The translations under genes and the position numbers were made by a program. Below the pieces are notes generated by a model, which saw nothing but the letters and a program-made list of their open reading frames with translations, did no database searches and was not told the DNA's origin. A stretch of 64,000 nt of DNA from the human T2T-CHM13v2.0 reference genome, Homo sapiens, in assembly GCF_009914755.1 (NCBI RefSeq), contig NC_060933.1. The stretch is one strand, 5' to 3'. Positions 17,236 to 31,480 of this stretch are shown piece by piece. Each line of letters starts with the position of its first letter. Within the stretch, counting starts at the first letter, position 1.

Positions 17236-20200
17236 CCCCAAAACCATCAAAATAAATTTTGGTGGCTCAGATATTTAAACATGGAAAATGAAACCATAAG
17301 CTACAGGAGACTGTACTTATAATCTTGGAATGGCAAAGGCCTTTCTAATATGACAAAAAAAAAAAAAAACCCAGAAGCCATAGGAAGATTTATAAATTCA
17401 ACTACATTTTTTAACATTTGTAAAGCAAAAACCATAAGAAGTTAAATCCCAAGAAACTGCAAACTGGATGGGATTATTTGCAACTCATAAAACAAATGAA
17501 GCATTCCTGAAAATTGAAAAGAATAAGAGCAACCCCAAGAGGGGGGAAATGTACAAAGGCTCCAATGCATACATTTCTCAAAGGGTGTGATATGGCCCCC
17601 AAGAGAGCAAAAATTGCTTCTTGAGGGACAAAGTATCTCAGTCATTGCAATGGTCTGTGGCCCTCCAAAGCTGTTGTCTTAATCCACTTATTTTTCCAGA
17701 TGAGTTTTAGAATAAAATCCCATGTGTTGCTTGGAGTTTCAAAAACTCTTAGATTAATTGGGGGAGAATTAACATCTGCACAGAAAATCTGCAGTCAACT
17801 GTTCTCATTCCGGAACATTTCTTGCTGATTCTCAGATATTTGTCATTCATTCAAGCTTCCTTTTATATAAAGTTTTATGGCCCTTCCCACATAGGTCTGC
17901 ACATATGTTTTAGTTGTTTAATAATTTGAGTTGGTTTTTTGAGTTATATTTTATCCCAATATTACTTTATACATTTTTATTCCTGCCATATTTTACAAAC
18001 TGCTACTTTACCAAATCATATTAGTTTTTGACTTTTTACCCCTCCATTTTATTTAATTTTCAAAATGAAAATATCATTATTGTTTTCTGGATATATAAGT
18101 ACTACCCATTCATTATTTTAAAATGCGAAGTACTTAGAAGAGTAGAAAGTGAAAGCCCCTCAGTAAGTCTACCCCTGGGGTAACCACGATTTCTTATTAG
18201 CTGTAAATAATTTTTAGTTAATTATCTGGGATTTCCCAGATAGAAAAAGCATCTCATCTTTAATTAACGTATGACAAGGTAATGTTTGGAGCATTAAATC
18301 AGTGCATTTTCTTTAAAAAGTAATTTTAATTATGAAATATGTTGAATATACAAAAAAAGTTTAGAAAATGATGATAGATACCCATTTCAGTGTTATCAGT
18401 TTAACATTTCGCCATACCTAACCCTCCTGCATTCTTTTCTCACTCTCCCTCCCCAAAGAATACCACTCTCCTGGAGTTGGTGGATGTCATTCCCATGTGT
18501 TTACAGCATAAGTGTATATCCACGGCAATGTATACAAGTTGTTTGCACGTTTTTAAATTTATGTGAACAGTGGCATACTCTTCATATCTTTTTAAAATCT
18601 GATTTTTATATTTACTCATGTTGATACATATAGATTTAGTGCATTCCTTGTATCTGCTTGCTAGCATTTTATTGCGTGAATATTTTTCCATTTCCTTTTT
18701 AAGGTAGTGTAGTATTGTTTCTCTTTTTAAACTATTTCAAGTAGTACATGAGAAACATTTTTATTCATGTCTCTTAGGCACATGGGAAAATTTGTCGAGG
18801 GGAGATACGTGTAAGTGGAATTGCTAAGTCACAAGTTAGGTGCACCTTCGTATTGATTAGTCCAATACTACCAAAATATCTCCAGTGTTGCACCAGTTTA
18901 CCCTCCCACCAGCAAGAGTTCTTGTTCCCTTGAATCTTCTCCATCACTAGGTATCATCAGCTTTTAAGTTTTGCTGATTGATAGATGTGAAATGCATCTC
19001 CTTGTTGCTCTAATTTCATTATCCTGATTACGAGTGAGTTTGCAGAATTTTTCACTTGTTTATTTACTATTTGGATTTTCTCCTAGCATTCTGTTTAGAG
19101 CCTTTGCTCATTTTCCCATTTTTCTTCTTATTAATTTGTAAAAGTTCATTCTATATTGTGGAGACTAATATTTTGTTGCAAATAGTTTCTCCCAGATGGT
19201 GGTTTGTCTTTCACTTTATGATATGTTTATTGTATATAAATATTTTATTTTTAGGTACTAAAATGTATCAGGTTGCTTTTATGATTTAGTGCTTTTTCTA
19301 TCTTGCTTAGCAAATCCTTCCCATCTCCATGTTCTAAACACGTGTTCCTATATTATAAAAGTTTCAAAATTTTGCAACTTAACAATTAGTCTTTAATCTA
19401 CCTGGAATTTATTTTTTATATGAAATAAGGGGGGAATTTAATTTTATCTTTTCTATATGAATAAATCACCCCAGCATTGTTTTCTCCCTTTGTTTAATTT
19501 TAGAAAATGTCAAACATACACCAAAGTATAAAGAAAGAATAGGATCATAAACTTCATGCGCTCATCACCCAACTTCAATAAGGATCAAATCACAGCCAAT
19601 CTTATTTCATCTCTACCTCCAAATACTCCTTCTCTTGAATTATTTTGAAGGGAATCCAGATATTGTACAACTTCATCTGTAAATATTTGAACATGAACCT
19701 TTAAAACTTTAGATCTCTCTTAACCACCATAACATTATTAAATCAAAAAACAACGCCTTTATATCAATAAAGAAATTTCTACAAATTATATCATTTTCTT
19801 TTTGCAGTTTGTTTTAATCAAAAGCCAAATAAAGTCCATCCACTGCACTTGGTTGGATGTTTCCTAAATTTATTTTAATCTGTAAGTATCTCCTTTCTCA
19901 TTTTTCCTCTTGAAAATTCTTTATTAAAGAAACTAGACTGCTTGTTCTGTACAGAGTCCCACATTCTAGATCTGCCTGATTGGATCCTGTGGTATCCTTT
20001 AACGTGTTCATCTGCCCTTGTGTTGCCTGTAAGCTGAAAGTCAGTCAGTCAGCCTAGAGACTTGATCACATTCAGGTTTGATGTCTGGTAGGAGCACTTC
20101 CAACAGGATTTTGGGTACTTCCATCAGTAAAGGATATAATATCTAACATCACATTTTTGGGATGTTAGCAACCATAGGAGATTATTGTCTAGATCCATCG

Positions 20201-20997
20201 CTTCCTTAGGGCTTTTTCAAAAGGTGATGTTCTAATTCCACCACTCCTTGATCATTTATCATAGCATCACTTATTAAATATTCTATCCTTTTCTCACCAT
20301 TTGTGCAAATCCCTTAGACACGTAGGTCGGTTTCCAGACTCTTTTCTGTTCTTTTGACCTGTTTGTGTGTCTTCGCACTAATGCCACATAATTTAAATTA
20401 CTCCATTTTCTTAGCTGGCAGGAGAACCTATCACTGAACTCATAGGCTGATACACACACTTATCAAAAAAATAGCTCTTCTTGTCTCTCTGTGATTGCAG
20501 ACATATTTTGAAATCAGCTTATCAAGTTCCAGGGAAAAGTCTCTTTTTGTTTTGGAATGGTACTGCATCAAATCTATATATTAATTTAGATAAAATTTTC
20601 ATATTTATGATATTGAGTCTTCACAGCCGTTAACATGACTTATCTATGGATTTATATCCTTCAAAGAAGTCTTTTATATCTTTCAAAGAAGTTGCATAAT
20701 GTTCTCTTTAAAGTTCTTGCATATCTTTTAGATCTTATGAGTAGAATCTTTTTAAAAATTACATTTTTAAATAATTTGTTGCTGGTATGGAGGAAGGCAA
20801 TCAATTTTTGTATATGGAATTTGTATTTATTGGGCTTGCCAAACTCTGTTATTCTGATAGTTTGTTGGTAGATTTCCTGAAAACTTATTTCAAATGTGAG
20901 CAAGGATATTTTTACCTGGGAATAATGACACTTCTATCCTTTCCAATCCGTATATTTTTCTTATCTTATTAATTGTATTTGTCCAGTACAATATTGA

Positions 20998-21222
<225 letters not shown>

Positions 21223-21259
21223 TAGATAGCATGTATAGTGTAACTTTTATATACATACC

Positions 21260-21635
21260 TGATATGGTTTGGATCTCTGTCCCCACCCAAATCTTACCTT
21301 GAATTGTAATAATCTCCAGCTGTCAAGGACAGGACCAGGTGGTGATAATTGAATCATGGGGGCAGTTTCCCCCATACTGTTCTCGTGAGGGTGAGTGCGT
21401 TCTGGCGAGATCTGATGGTTTTATAAGGGGCTTCCTCCGTTGTTCCGCACCTATTTCTGTCTCCTGCCATCCTGTGAAGAGATGCCTTCTGCCGTGATTG
21501 TAAGTTTCCTGAGGCACCCCCGCCGCCCCACCACCACAATCATGGGGAACTGTGAGTCAATTAAACCTCTTTTCTTTATAAATTACCTAATCTCTCAGGC
21601 AGTTCTTTATAGCAGTGTGAGAACAGACTAATACA
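21260..21635 (+). mobile_element. MSTA/THE1D-type MaLR solo LTR
   Basis: tgatatggtttggatct...gaacagactaataca. TSD atacc at 21255-21259 and 21636-21640. Confidence 0.93.
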
Positions 21636-23217
21636 ATACCCCTTATGAAACCAGGCATGTTCCTCTCTCTTCCCCAGATAACATTTCATAAACGAGCATT
21701 CAGTTTCGTCACATGCTCTCTCCCACAATTGTTGAGCTGATAACATGGTTTTTTTTTTTTTTTCATATATTACTGGGCTAACTACGTACGTACTTTTTAA
21801 GATTAAACTTTCATTCCTCAAATAATCTCTACTTGGTTATAATGTTTTCTTCCATTTTTCATGTATTACTCGATTTGTTTCACTAATATTTTATTAAGGA
21901 TCTTTGCCTCTGTGGTCATAAGTAACTGTGTTATACCGGGCAGTCCTAGTAGTCTCCTTGTCTGTTTTGGTATTAAGGTTGCATCAGCTTCATAAAATGT
22001 GCTAAGGCGCTTTTCTTCTCTCTCTATTCACTAGAACATATTGTACAGAATAAAGATTTTCTAGTCCTTGAAGCTTTGATATATCTCACTTATAAAATCA
22101 TCTGTACCTAGTAATTTTATTTTGTCTTGTTTTTGTGGTCATAGTTTAAAATACTGATACAATTTTATTAACGGTTGTAGATCTATTCAGGCAACCCCTT
22201 CTTCTTGGGTCAGTTTTATAAATTCCATTTATCTTAGAACATTGTTCAAGCTTTTAATTTATTGTTATAAAATTCTTCATAGCACCCTCCTTTGACTTAT
22301 TATATCTGAAGTTTTGTTCCCCTTTTTTATTTTTAATATTGTTTATTTGTGCTTTTTTTCTTGATAAATCATGCTAGAAGTTTATATATTTTATTAATCT
22401 TTGCAAAGAATCAATTTAGGGTCTTGTTTCTCTTCTCTACCGTTAATTTGTTTCATATTTAATTGATTTCTATGATTTTCTTTGTTCTCATTTTTATCAT
22501 TGTCCTTGGAGTTTACTTGGTCTCTATTTTTCTGGAATTGGATGCTTAACTCATTGTTCTTCCATCTGTTTAAAGTACTTTCTTCTTTCAGTATTGCTAC
22601 TCATATTTTTTTTAAAAACATGGTACTTTTATTTTTGTTTCATTTCCTAAATTAATGGGGCATTTTGGCAATCTACTTATAATTGATTTCTAATTTTATT
22701 ACACTGTTATCAGACTATATGATCTGCATGACATTGCAATTTTCAAAAACTAGTCTGGTCTAGTACTAGGTTGACTTTTATAACTATTCCATAGATACTT
22801 GCAAAGACTGATTATTCTCAAAATTTTGAATATAAGGTTTTAAACAACTTTATTCTTTCAACCTTGTTAACTGTGTTGTTCAAATCTTCTCATCCTTACT
22901 AGTTTTACTTTTCATCTCTTTGACATATTAATAAGAGAGAGCACATTAAATATCTCCACGATTGTGGATTTGTCTTTTTCTTGTAATTCCAGAAATATTT
23001 TGCTTTATATATTTTGAATTTGTTGTTAGATGCATACAAGTTTAGGATTCTTACATGTTTCTGGTTGTTTCTTATCATTTTGTAACATTACTCCTTGTTT
23101 CTATTTTTTTATCTCAAAATCTATTTTGCCAGATCTTAATATAGCTTTTAAATTTGTTTTTGGATTAAATTTCTCTAACATAACACTTTCTAGTTTTTAA
23201 AAAAATATCCAATCATC

Positions 23218-23520
<303 letters not shown>

Positions 23521-24131
23521 AAATCCAATCTTTCTGACACATCATCCTTCACTATACACCTGTTCACTTCCCCACCCCCAATCTGAGTATCTTTGTCTTT
23601 TAACTGGCAAAGTTATTCCATTTACACTTATTTTGAGTACTAACATACATTTCCTTGATCTTATTTTGAGAGCTTTCTGTTTGCCATCCTTTTTCTTTAC
23701 TTCCTCTCCCCCACCCCTACCTCACCCCCTCATTTCCTGCTTTCTATTTGATCAGTCAAATTTCTTTATTTCCTCTCCTCCTTTCTTCTCCTAATTATTT
23801 GGAAAGCTTTATTTAACATCTCTTATATTTCTCTGCTTTCAGATGGTATGCTTAAATTTTTATAATGCATGCTTGAATGACCAAAGTCTGAGTTAATCAG
23901 TATTCATGCCCTTGTCCCAACCCATTCAGGGATCTGATAACCACTCCCTTCCACATTGTCCATGTTATCCTTGTCTAGAAATTTAATTCCACACTGTTTT
24001 AAAACTTATCCAAATTAATGCCCTGTGTAATATCTAGTCTTCTCACCCAACAGCTACTGAACTTTAGTTTGTACTCCTACAGCTCTGACTTTTGAAAACT
24101 TCCCTCCTTGTTTCTATCATCTGGGTGTTTT

Positions 24132-24133
<2 letters not shown>

Positions 24134-24180
<47 letters not shown>
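24134..24180 (+). repeat. (TG)n microsatellite
   Basis: ~23 uninterrupted TG units. Confidence 0.97.
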
Positions 24181-24182
<2 letters not shown>

Positions 24183-26647
24183 ATGTGTAAGGGAATAAAT
24201 AGAACCCGTACTTTGAAAGCATTATGGAATATTTGATCCAGGATTTCTAGGAGGATTCTAGGTGACAGAAAAAGGGGTACCACGTCATCTCAGTTTGCTA
24301 TTTGCTATATTGAATGGCATGGCAAGATTTTCTAGGCATTCATATAGATGAGCTTAGAGAAGGAAATTTTTTTAAACATACATTCTACTGTATATACTTT
24401 CCTGCATCTTTCTTTTTTCCATCGGTAATAAGCATCTTTTCTTGTCAATATCTATATATCAATCTGATTCATTTTAATGATTACAGTGTATTGCATAGTA
24501 CGGATTTAAAATAGTTTATTGAATCACATTCTGTTTGATGGACACTTAGATTATTTCCAAGTTTTGCTATTATAGAGAATGCTGCAGCAGACAGCATGTA
24601 CAAGCTGCCTTAGGAATGTTTGACAATGTTTCTTGCTCTAAGGTAGCAAAGACATGGAATTGTGTTACACAGTGTACAGTTTTTCATCTCAGTCCTGCCC
24701 AAATGCCCTTGAAAGTGGGAATGCCATTTTGAGTACATTTTATACAAACTTTATATTGCTCTTATAATGTATGAATGTATTACCCCCATCTTGCCAACAC
24801 TTATTATATTCAAACTTAAAAAAATTGCTAAGGTAATGAGTGAAGAATAGTATCTCTTTATTTTACTTTGCAGCAAGTTCCCTGATTATTAGTAAAATGA
24901 AGCATCTTTTAAAATAGGATTAGTGACCATTATTAATTTCCTTTTCTGTGGATTGCCTATCCACATCCTTTGTCCATTTTCTATTAGATTGCTGGATTTT
25001 TTTTCTCACTGATTTGTAAGAGTCCTTTCATCTTGATCCTAGTCCTTTGTCTCTTAAATAGGTTGTCAATATTTTTGGCACACTTGTCATTTTTCAAAAT
25101 CTTTTGTAGTGTCATTTATCATGCAGAATTATGACTTATAGTGTAGTCAAATTTATTAAACTTTGCGTTTATGGCTTTTGGTTTCTGTGCCTTATCTAAG
25201 AAGCTGCCTGTGCCCCAAGTTGATATTAAAGTCTCCTACATCTCCTACATTTCTTCTAATACAATTGTTTTACATTTTGCTCTTAGGATTTTAATTTATT
25301 GAACTTTTTCTTATGGATAGTGTGAGGTAGGATCTAATTTTATTTTTTCCAAATAGTATACAATTTTTCCAATATCATTTATTGAACACTACATAGTTTA
25401 CTCAAGCATTTGGCATTGTATCTTATTTAAATTCATAAATCAGTGAACACGGTATATCTGAACTCTACTCAGTTCTGTTCATTTAATTGCCTTCTCCAGC
25501 ACCAATATCACACCCTTTTAATTCCTATTATTTTATAAAATTATGACTCTTATAGAACAAAAATAGATTCTTTTAAATATTCCTCTGGTCAATTCATGTA
25601 CATTTGTTCTTCCATATTAATTTTAGAACCAGCTTGTAAAATTCCATGAAAAATCATATCGAGTTGCAATTGATATCTCATTGATTTTAAAGGCTATTTT
25701 GAAAGAATTTATTTTATTTTCCAAATGCTTTAAGCTTTTTATTTGCTTACACTTCTGTTATGAATTTTTTGTTTTATTGCATGCAAGAAAATACAGCCTT
25801 CTCCCAGCAATAAATGCTAATTGAGAACCTACTCAATTGTATAGCCACTGTACTGGACTCTGAGGACCGAGTTGTGATGAGACAGATATGTTCTCTGCTC
25901 TCTTGTGGCTTAAACTTCCTATCTTTTGAAAGTTATTAACATTTCCTTTGTGGGTTAGAAAAATGATTACTTTTTTTTAAAATGCTAACTGGAACGTGTT
26001 AAGATTATATATTCTATATTTGTAGATTGCCGATTTTGAAATGTATCTAGTAAATAACCTTATTAATGAAATTATTCATATCTCTCATATTTTTATTTCT
26101 TTTTGCCTACTTGATTTGACAAAGACTAAGCAATGCAATAATATTAAGGTACCCTATTAAGATTGTGACTTTGCCAAATTCATCTTGTTATTTCTCATAG
26201 CTTTTGCTTGTATATTGCTTTTTAAAAATTACCATTTGTTAGATTTTTTTAATAAAGAAAATGTTAAAGAATATCCCATAATCTCACCATCAACATAATC
26301 TTTGCTAACCCCTATTGTGTGTGCACATGCATGCACACACACAGGGCTAGGAAATACAAATGGTACAGAAACACTGAAAACAAAAACTCAAGTCTTCTGT
26401 GTCACTATCCCTCTTTCCACTGCTAACCATTGGCAGGATTTATCTGCAGTAACCTTCCTTCCCTCCAGTGCTGTCCCATAGAAGCTGCCGTTTCTGGAAC
26501 TTCAGTGATGAACTGGACGTGGGCTCTATCTAATGACACAGCCTCCATCATGACTTGGAGCTGGTGTTCTCAAAACCCTACCCCAGTCCTGTTGCCGATG
26601 CCTCCTGCTCTGAAACTGCTTAAGGCTAAGAAGCCTTCCTTCTAGAG

Positions 26648-27100
26648 CAGTGCTTCTCGCGTGTCCATGTGCACACAGATCCCGAGGGATGTTGATAAAA
26701 AGCAGATTCTAATTCAGTGGGCTGGTGTAAGACCTAAGATTCCGCGTCTTTTTTAAGACAGAGTCTTACTCTGTCGGCCAGGCTGGAGTGCAATAACGTG
26801 ATCTCGGCTTACTGCAACCTCTGCCTCCTGGGTTCAATGATTCTCATGACTCAGCCTCCCAAGTAGCTGGGATTACAGGCGCTTGCCATCGCGCCCAGCT
26901 AATTTTTGTATTTTTAGTAGAGACAGGGTTTCACCATGTTGGCCAGGCTGGTCTTGAACTCCTGACCTAGGGCAATCCACCCACTTCGGCCTCCTAAAGT
27001 GCTGGGATTACAGGCGTGAGCCACCGTGCCCGGCAGATTCTGCATTTCTAACAAGGTAACGAGAGTGATGTTTGTGGGCCAACCTTTGAGGAGCAAGGAC
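26648..27100. mobile_element. MER5B-like DNA transposon split by an Alu
   Basis: cagtgcttctc...gcagattctaattcagtggg...agattctgcatttctaacaag...ctttgaggagcaagg. Confidence 0.7.
26749..27034 (-). mobile_element. AluSx-like
   Basis: Full dimer. TSD agattccgcgt / agattctgcat differs by CpG-type transitions. Confidence 0.92.
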
Positions 27101-27102
27101 CT

Positions 27103-27292
27103 GTCCTTAAACTTGGCTGTACTTCGGAATCTCTTGAGGAGTTTTATAAAATATGAATGTCTGGGTAACAACCTCCACCCCCCCCAACCCCCACCCAAGA
27201 AATTCTGATTTGGTATGGGTTGCAGCCTACACATAGAGCAGGTGAAAAGCTCCCAGGTAATTCTAATATGCAGCAAAATCTGAGAACCACTG
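27103..27292. mobile_element. MER5A
   Basis: aacttggctgtacttcggaatc...aagctcccaggtaattctaatatgcagcaaaatctgagaaccactg. Confidence 0.75.
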
Positions 27293-27817
27293 TTCTACAG
27301 ATGCTGTCTCCCTCATCTCCACACTTGCTTTTGCTGCAAATTTACTCTCAGCAGGTGCTTGAACTGACGCAGTGTGTGCGGCTTTGGTAGCCTCTCCCCT
27401 GGGGTCCTAGAGAGGACCAAGATCTCTGCCATGTGCTTCTCAGAGCAGGCTTTCTTTGCCTTGGAAAATTCAGTTCCAGGCCTTGAGGATTCTTCTCACT
27501 TTGTCTTATTCTGCAATCATGGGGCATGTCCCTGAAGTTTCATCCTCCCTCAGGGTTCCCCTTCTACCAGGAAGGCACTGTTTTTGTCTTGTGGTATCTC
27601 CCAGAGTGAGAGATAACAAAATCAGAACGTTCTGGCTATGCTGAAAGCATCCATTGAGCAAATATATCTTTCCCCATCTTTACTTCCTAAATCAGATCAC
27701 CTTCCCAGGAGATCTTCTCCATCATCCAGCATTGAACTGAGGCCTGCCTCCATCTGCCATTGTCCTACCTGACCCCCCTTTATTCAGTTTTATCTTTGCA
27801 GTGCCTTTCCTTAGAAA

Positions 27818-28110
27818 AAGTGGTCCTCAAAGTGGGTCCCTAGGCAGTAACCTCAGCATCGTCTGGGAATTAGTTAGAAATTCAAAATTCTCAAGCTGCA
27901 CCCCAGACCTACTGAAGCAGAAACTCTGTGGGCAGGACCCAGCAATTAGTGTTTTACCAAGCCCCCCAGATGATTCTGATGCCTACTCAAGCACCCCTGC
28001 CTGAGAGCATCGGATGCTGATTAATTTGACCTGGGGTGGTGGTCAAGCATTACTAGGTTGAAAATATTCCCCAGGTGAATCTTACGTGCAGCCAGGGCAA
28101 TGAACCACTG
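27818..28110. mobile_element. Two adjoining MER5 fragments
   Basis: agtggtcctcaaagtgggtccc...ccccagacctactgaa...gatgattctgatgc, then ccccaggtgaatcttacgtgcagccagggcaatgaaccactg. Confidence 0.75.
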
Positions 28111-28352
28111 CTTCAGAGGGTCCTAATTCCTTACGTTAATAGGCCATTTCTCAGGGACCAAGTAATACCTTGATCTCCAGCTACAGTGGTTCTAGCACCT
28201 TGAAACTCACCTAGTTAGTGATGCTTCTAGTATTTTATACTGATCTTCCTCCTCTTCTTAAATTTGTCTGGATTTTCTGTAACTCCTTGGATTAGATGCC
28301 CCAGTATCTAAGGGGAGGGTCGTCATTTGCTCCAATGGTATGTGCTCACTCG

Positions 28353-28422
28353 CTCTTTCTCTCCCTTTCTCTCTCTTTCTTCTCTTTTTCTCTCTTTCTT
28401 CTCCCGTTCTCTCTTTCCTCTT

Positions 28423-28490
<68 letters not shown>
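28353..28490 (+). repeat. Compound (CT)n-(GT)n microsatellite
   Basis: Pyrimidine tract running into ~21 TG units. Confidence 0.95.
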
Positions 28491-29383
28491 TGTAAGAGGT
28501 TTCCTGGATATGGTTCCCTTGGGGAGAATCATTCTAGTCTCCTCTCTCAGACCTTGCTTCTCTTCCTTAGTGAATTTCTGTGGCCTCAATTACCGTTTCT
28601 GGTCTAGTAACAACTGAGACATGGCCCCTTCTGAAATGCTGTGCCTACATTTATTTCCTTTTCCTGTAAGTCTATTCTGCCTTCAAGATCACATTTGCCA
28701 TTTCATATCCATCCAGTCTGTTCCCAAGATCTCAATGTTTCTCTTCAGAAAATCTGTCTCTTCCTCCACCTTAGTGGAGCTGTTTTTAATCTGTTTCCTT
28801 TCTCCTACTGCGTCTGTTTTGATCATCTGAGGCATACTTTGCTCCAGACACCCTGATTTCCTGGACAACTTAATTCTCAGAGACAGAGTCCTTCAAGTAC
28901 GAGCTTCCTTAGCTCTTTTTGTAATTTTTGGGGTTTGCGACGTTACTGAGTTGTCCCTCTGTGAACCTGAGATGACAACACATCTCTTTATAACAGGTTC
29001 TCTGTTCCTTCTTTACATTCATAAAATATGCTATCTTGACAGTGAAGCCTGGAGTTGAGTCTCTAAATCCAAGGCCATGATTATTCCAGAGGCAACTGTA
29101 GACCATATGGTGGGGTGTGTGAACCCTAAGAGCCTGTGGGGAAGCCACATTAATTCCCAGCTCTCCTTAGCCCTGTACCACAAGGCAACATAGAAAGACA
29201 TGGGGTTTTTGGCAGCCTCCCTCCGCTGTCTACCTCAGCTTCACACTAGCAATACAATGGTGCAGGCTCACACTAGGTATTGTAGGGCATGGAACGTGGG
29301 TGCAGTATAAATTGTACTGAAAGATCATAAAAGCGATAGGTAATCATTCCTCCTCTTAATGTATCAAAAGTCTGTGTGGCAGG

Positions 29384-30137
29384 ATATCAAAGAGATATCT
29401 GCACTCTCATGTTTATTGCACCACTATTCACAATAGTCAAGATTTAGAAGCAATCTAAGTGTCCATCAACAGACACCTGGACAAAGAACGTATGGTACAT
29501 ATATGAAACGGAGTACTATTCAGCCATGAAAAAGAATGAGATCCTGTCATTTGTAACAACATGGATGGAACTAGAGGACGTAATGAAGTGTTAAGTGAAA
29601 TAAGCCAGGCCCCTACTCGGGAGGCTGAGGCAGGAGAATGGCGTGAACCAGGGCAGCGGAGCTTGCAGTGAGCTGAGATCGTGGCCATTGCACTCCAGCC
29701 TGGGCGACAAGAGTGAGACTCCATTTCAAAAAAAAAAAAGGAATAAACCAGGCACAGAAAGACAAACTTCACATGTTCTCACTTATTTGTGGGAGCTAAA
29801 AATTCAAACAATTGAACTCACGGAGATAGAGAGTAGAAGGAGGGTTACCAGAGGCTGGGAAGGGTAGTGTAGGGGAGAGGAGGGATAGTTAATATTTACA
29901 AAAATATAGACAACAGGATGATGACAGTCAATCCAAATTTATTATACATCTTAAAATAATTAAAGGAGTATAATTGGATTGTTTGTAACACTAAAGTAAG
30001 GACAAATTCTTGAGATGATGGCTACCCCATTTACCCTAATGGGATTATTAAGCATTATATGCCTGTATTAAAGTACCTCATGTACCCCATAAATATATAT
30101 ACCTACTATGTACTCATAAAAATTAAAAATTAAAGAA
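29384..30137 (+). mobile_element. L1MA-type 5'-truncated 3' end
   Basis: gcactctcatgtttattgca...cctactatgtactcataaaaattaaaaa. TSD aaaagtctgtgtggcagg (29366-29383) / aaaggtctatgtggtagg (30138-30155). Confidence 0.9.
29611..29739 (+). mobile_element. 5'-truncated AluY
   Basis: gagaatggcgtgaacc and gcttgcagtgag diagnostics. TSD gaaataagccaggc / ggaataaaccaggc. Confidence 0.88.
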
Positions 30138-30146
30138 AAAGGTCTA

Positions 30147-30642
30147 TGTGGTAGGTTGAATAATGATGTTTCTGTCCAAAGATGTTTATGGCTGAGTCTC
30201 TGGAGCCTGTGGCTATGGTAAAGGGATATTGAAGATGTGATGATATTAAAGATCTTGAGATGGAAAGATTATGCTAGATGACCCCAGTGGGTCCTAAATG
30301 TAATCACCAGGGTCCTTCTAAGAGGAGGCAGGAGGCTCAGAGTGAAGTCAAGTTGATATAACAACAGAACAGAGAGGGATGAGAAGATGCTACACTGTTG
30401 GCTTTGAAGGAGGAGGAAAGGATCATCAGCAAAGGAAGACAGAGGGCTTCTAGATGCTGGAAAAGGCATGGAAATTGATTCTCTCCTAGAGCCTCTGGAG
30501 GGAGCGTGACTATGCACCTTGATTTTGACCCAGTGAAACCCTTTTGGACTTCTGACCTCCAGAACAGCAAGATAAGAAGGTTGTGTTGTCTTAAGCCACT
30601 AAGTGTGGCAATTTGTTACAACAGCAGTCAGACACTAAAAGA
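30147..30642 (+). mobile_element. MLT1 (MLT1D-like) solo LTR
   Basis: tgtggtaggttgaataatg...ttaagccactaagtgtggcaatttgttacaacagc. TSD gtcta at 30142-30146 and 30643-30647. Confidence 0.88.
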
Positions 30643-31339
30643 GTCTATATATGGGTAAACTTTCTTTTCCCTATAATCAAAGCATATCTACAATGCCTGT
30701 CCACAGGGGCCCTAAGGCCTAATGGCATCTTCAGAGAACCTGGTGGCCCATGCTGAGGCAGGCACGGTTTTGCCCAGGGTGAGCTGCAGCCGCTCTTAGC
30801 CTAAGGCCTCAGGAACCAACTCAACCCACTTTTGCTAAGGCCTATGCCTGTATAAAAATAGCAGCTTGCCTGTAAAAATATAAAATAAAATAAAATAAAA
30901 ATCTGATGGCCTGGTCCCCTCAAAAGCCTCAGTCCTTGAGTATTAATTTGCTCCCCACGTTCCACTGCTTGTTCACTAGGCACTAGGCCCAATGTGTCAG
31001 CTAGGAACACTATCCTGAATGTGCAGACTTAGCCACCCTAACTGGGGCCGCCTTCCCCGAAGGATCCAGCCTGCCCCTATACATTTATGGCTTATGGGGG
31101 CTGACCAGAATGGGTGCTTCCCATAGACAGCTGGCTCCTGAGAATGGAAGAGGAAGCAGCTGAGCTACCCAGACCCAGCTCCTGCCCTCAAGCTTCCCTA
31201 CCAAGCACATCACCTCCCACTTCCAAAGGCAGAACCCAGGGAGCAGACAGAGAGGCCAGGGGTGCTACCCAGAGGGACCTCTCTCCTCCTGGAAGGAAAC
31301 ACCAGAAGTGAGGAGAAGAGTTTCTCCCAGCACACTCAT

Positions 31340-31480
31340 TGAACACTGTGCACCAATCAAGCCCAAAGCTCTACAGAATCTATCTCATTGAGTCCCCACA
31401 ATGATCCTATGGAGATCAAGTCTATTCACATTACCATTGAGTTCTACACTTAAACCCAGAGAAGTGAAGCAATTTGCAAC
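31340..31480 (-). mobile_element. MIR
   Basis: tatctcattgagtccccacaatgatcctatg...cccagagaagtgaagcaatttgc. Confidence 0.6.
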
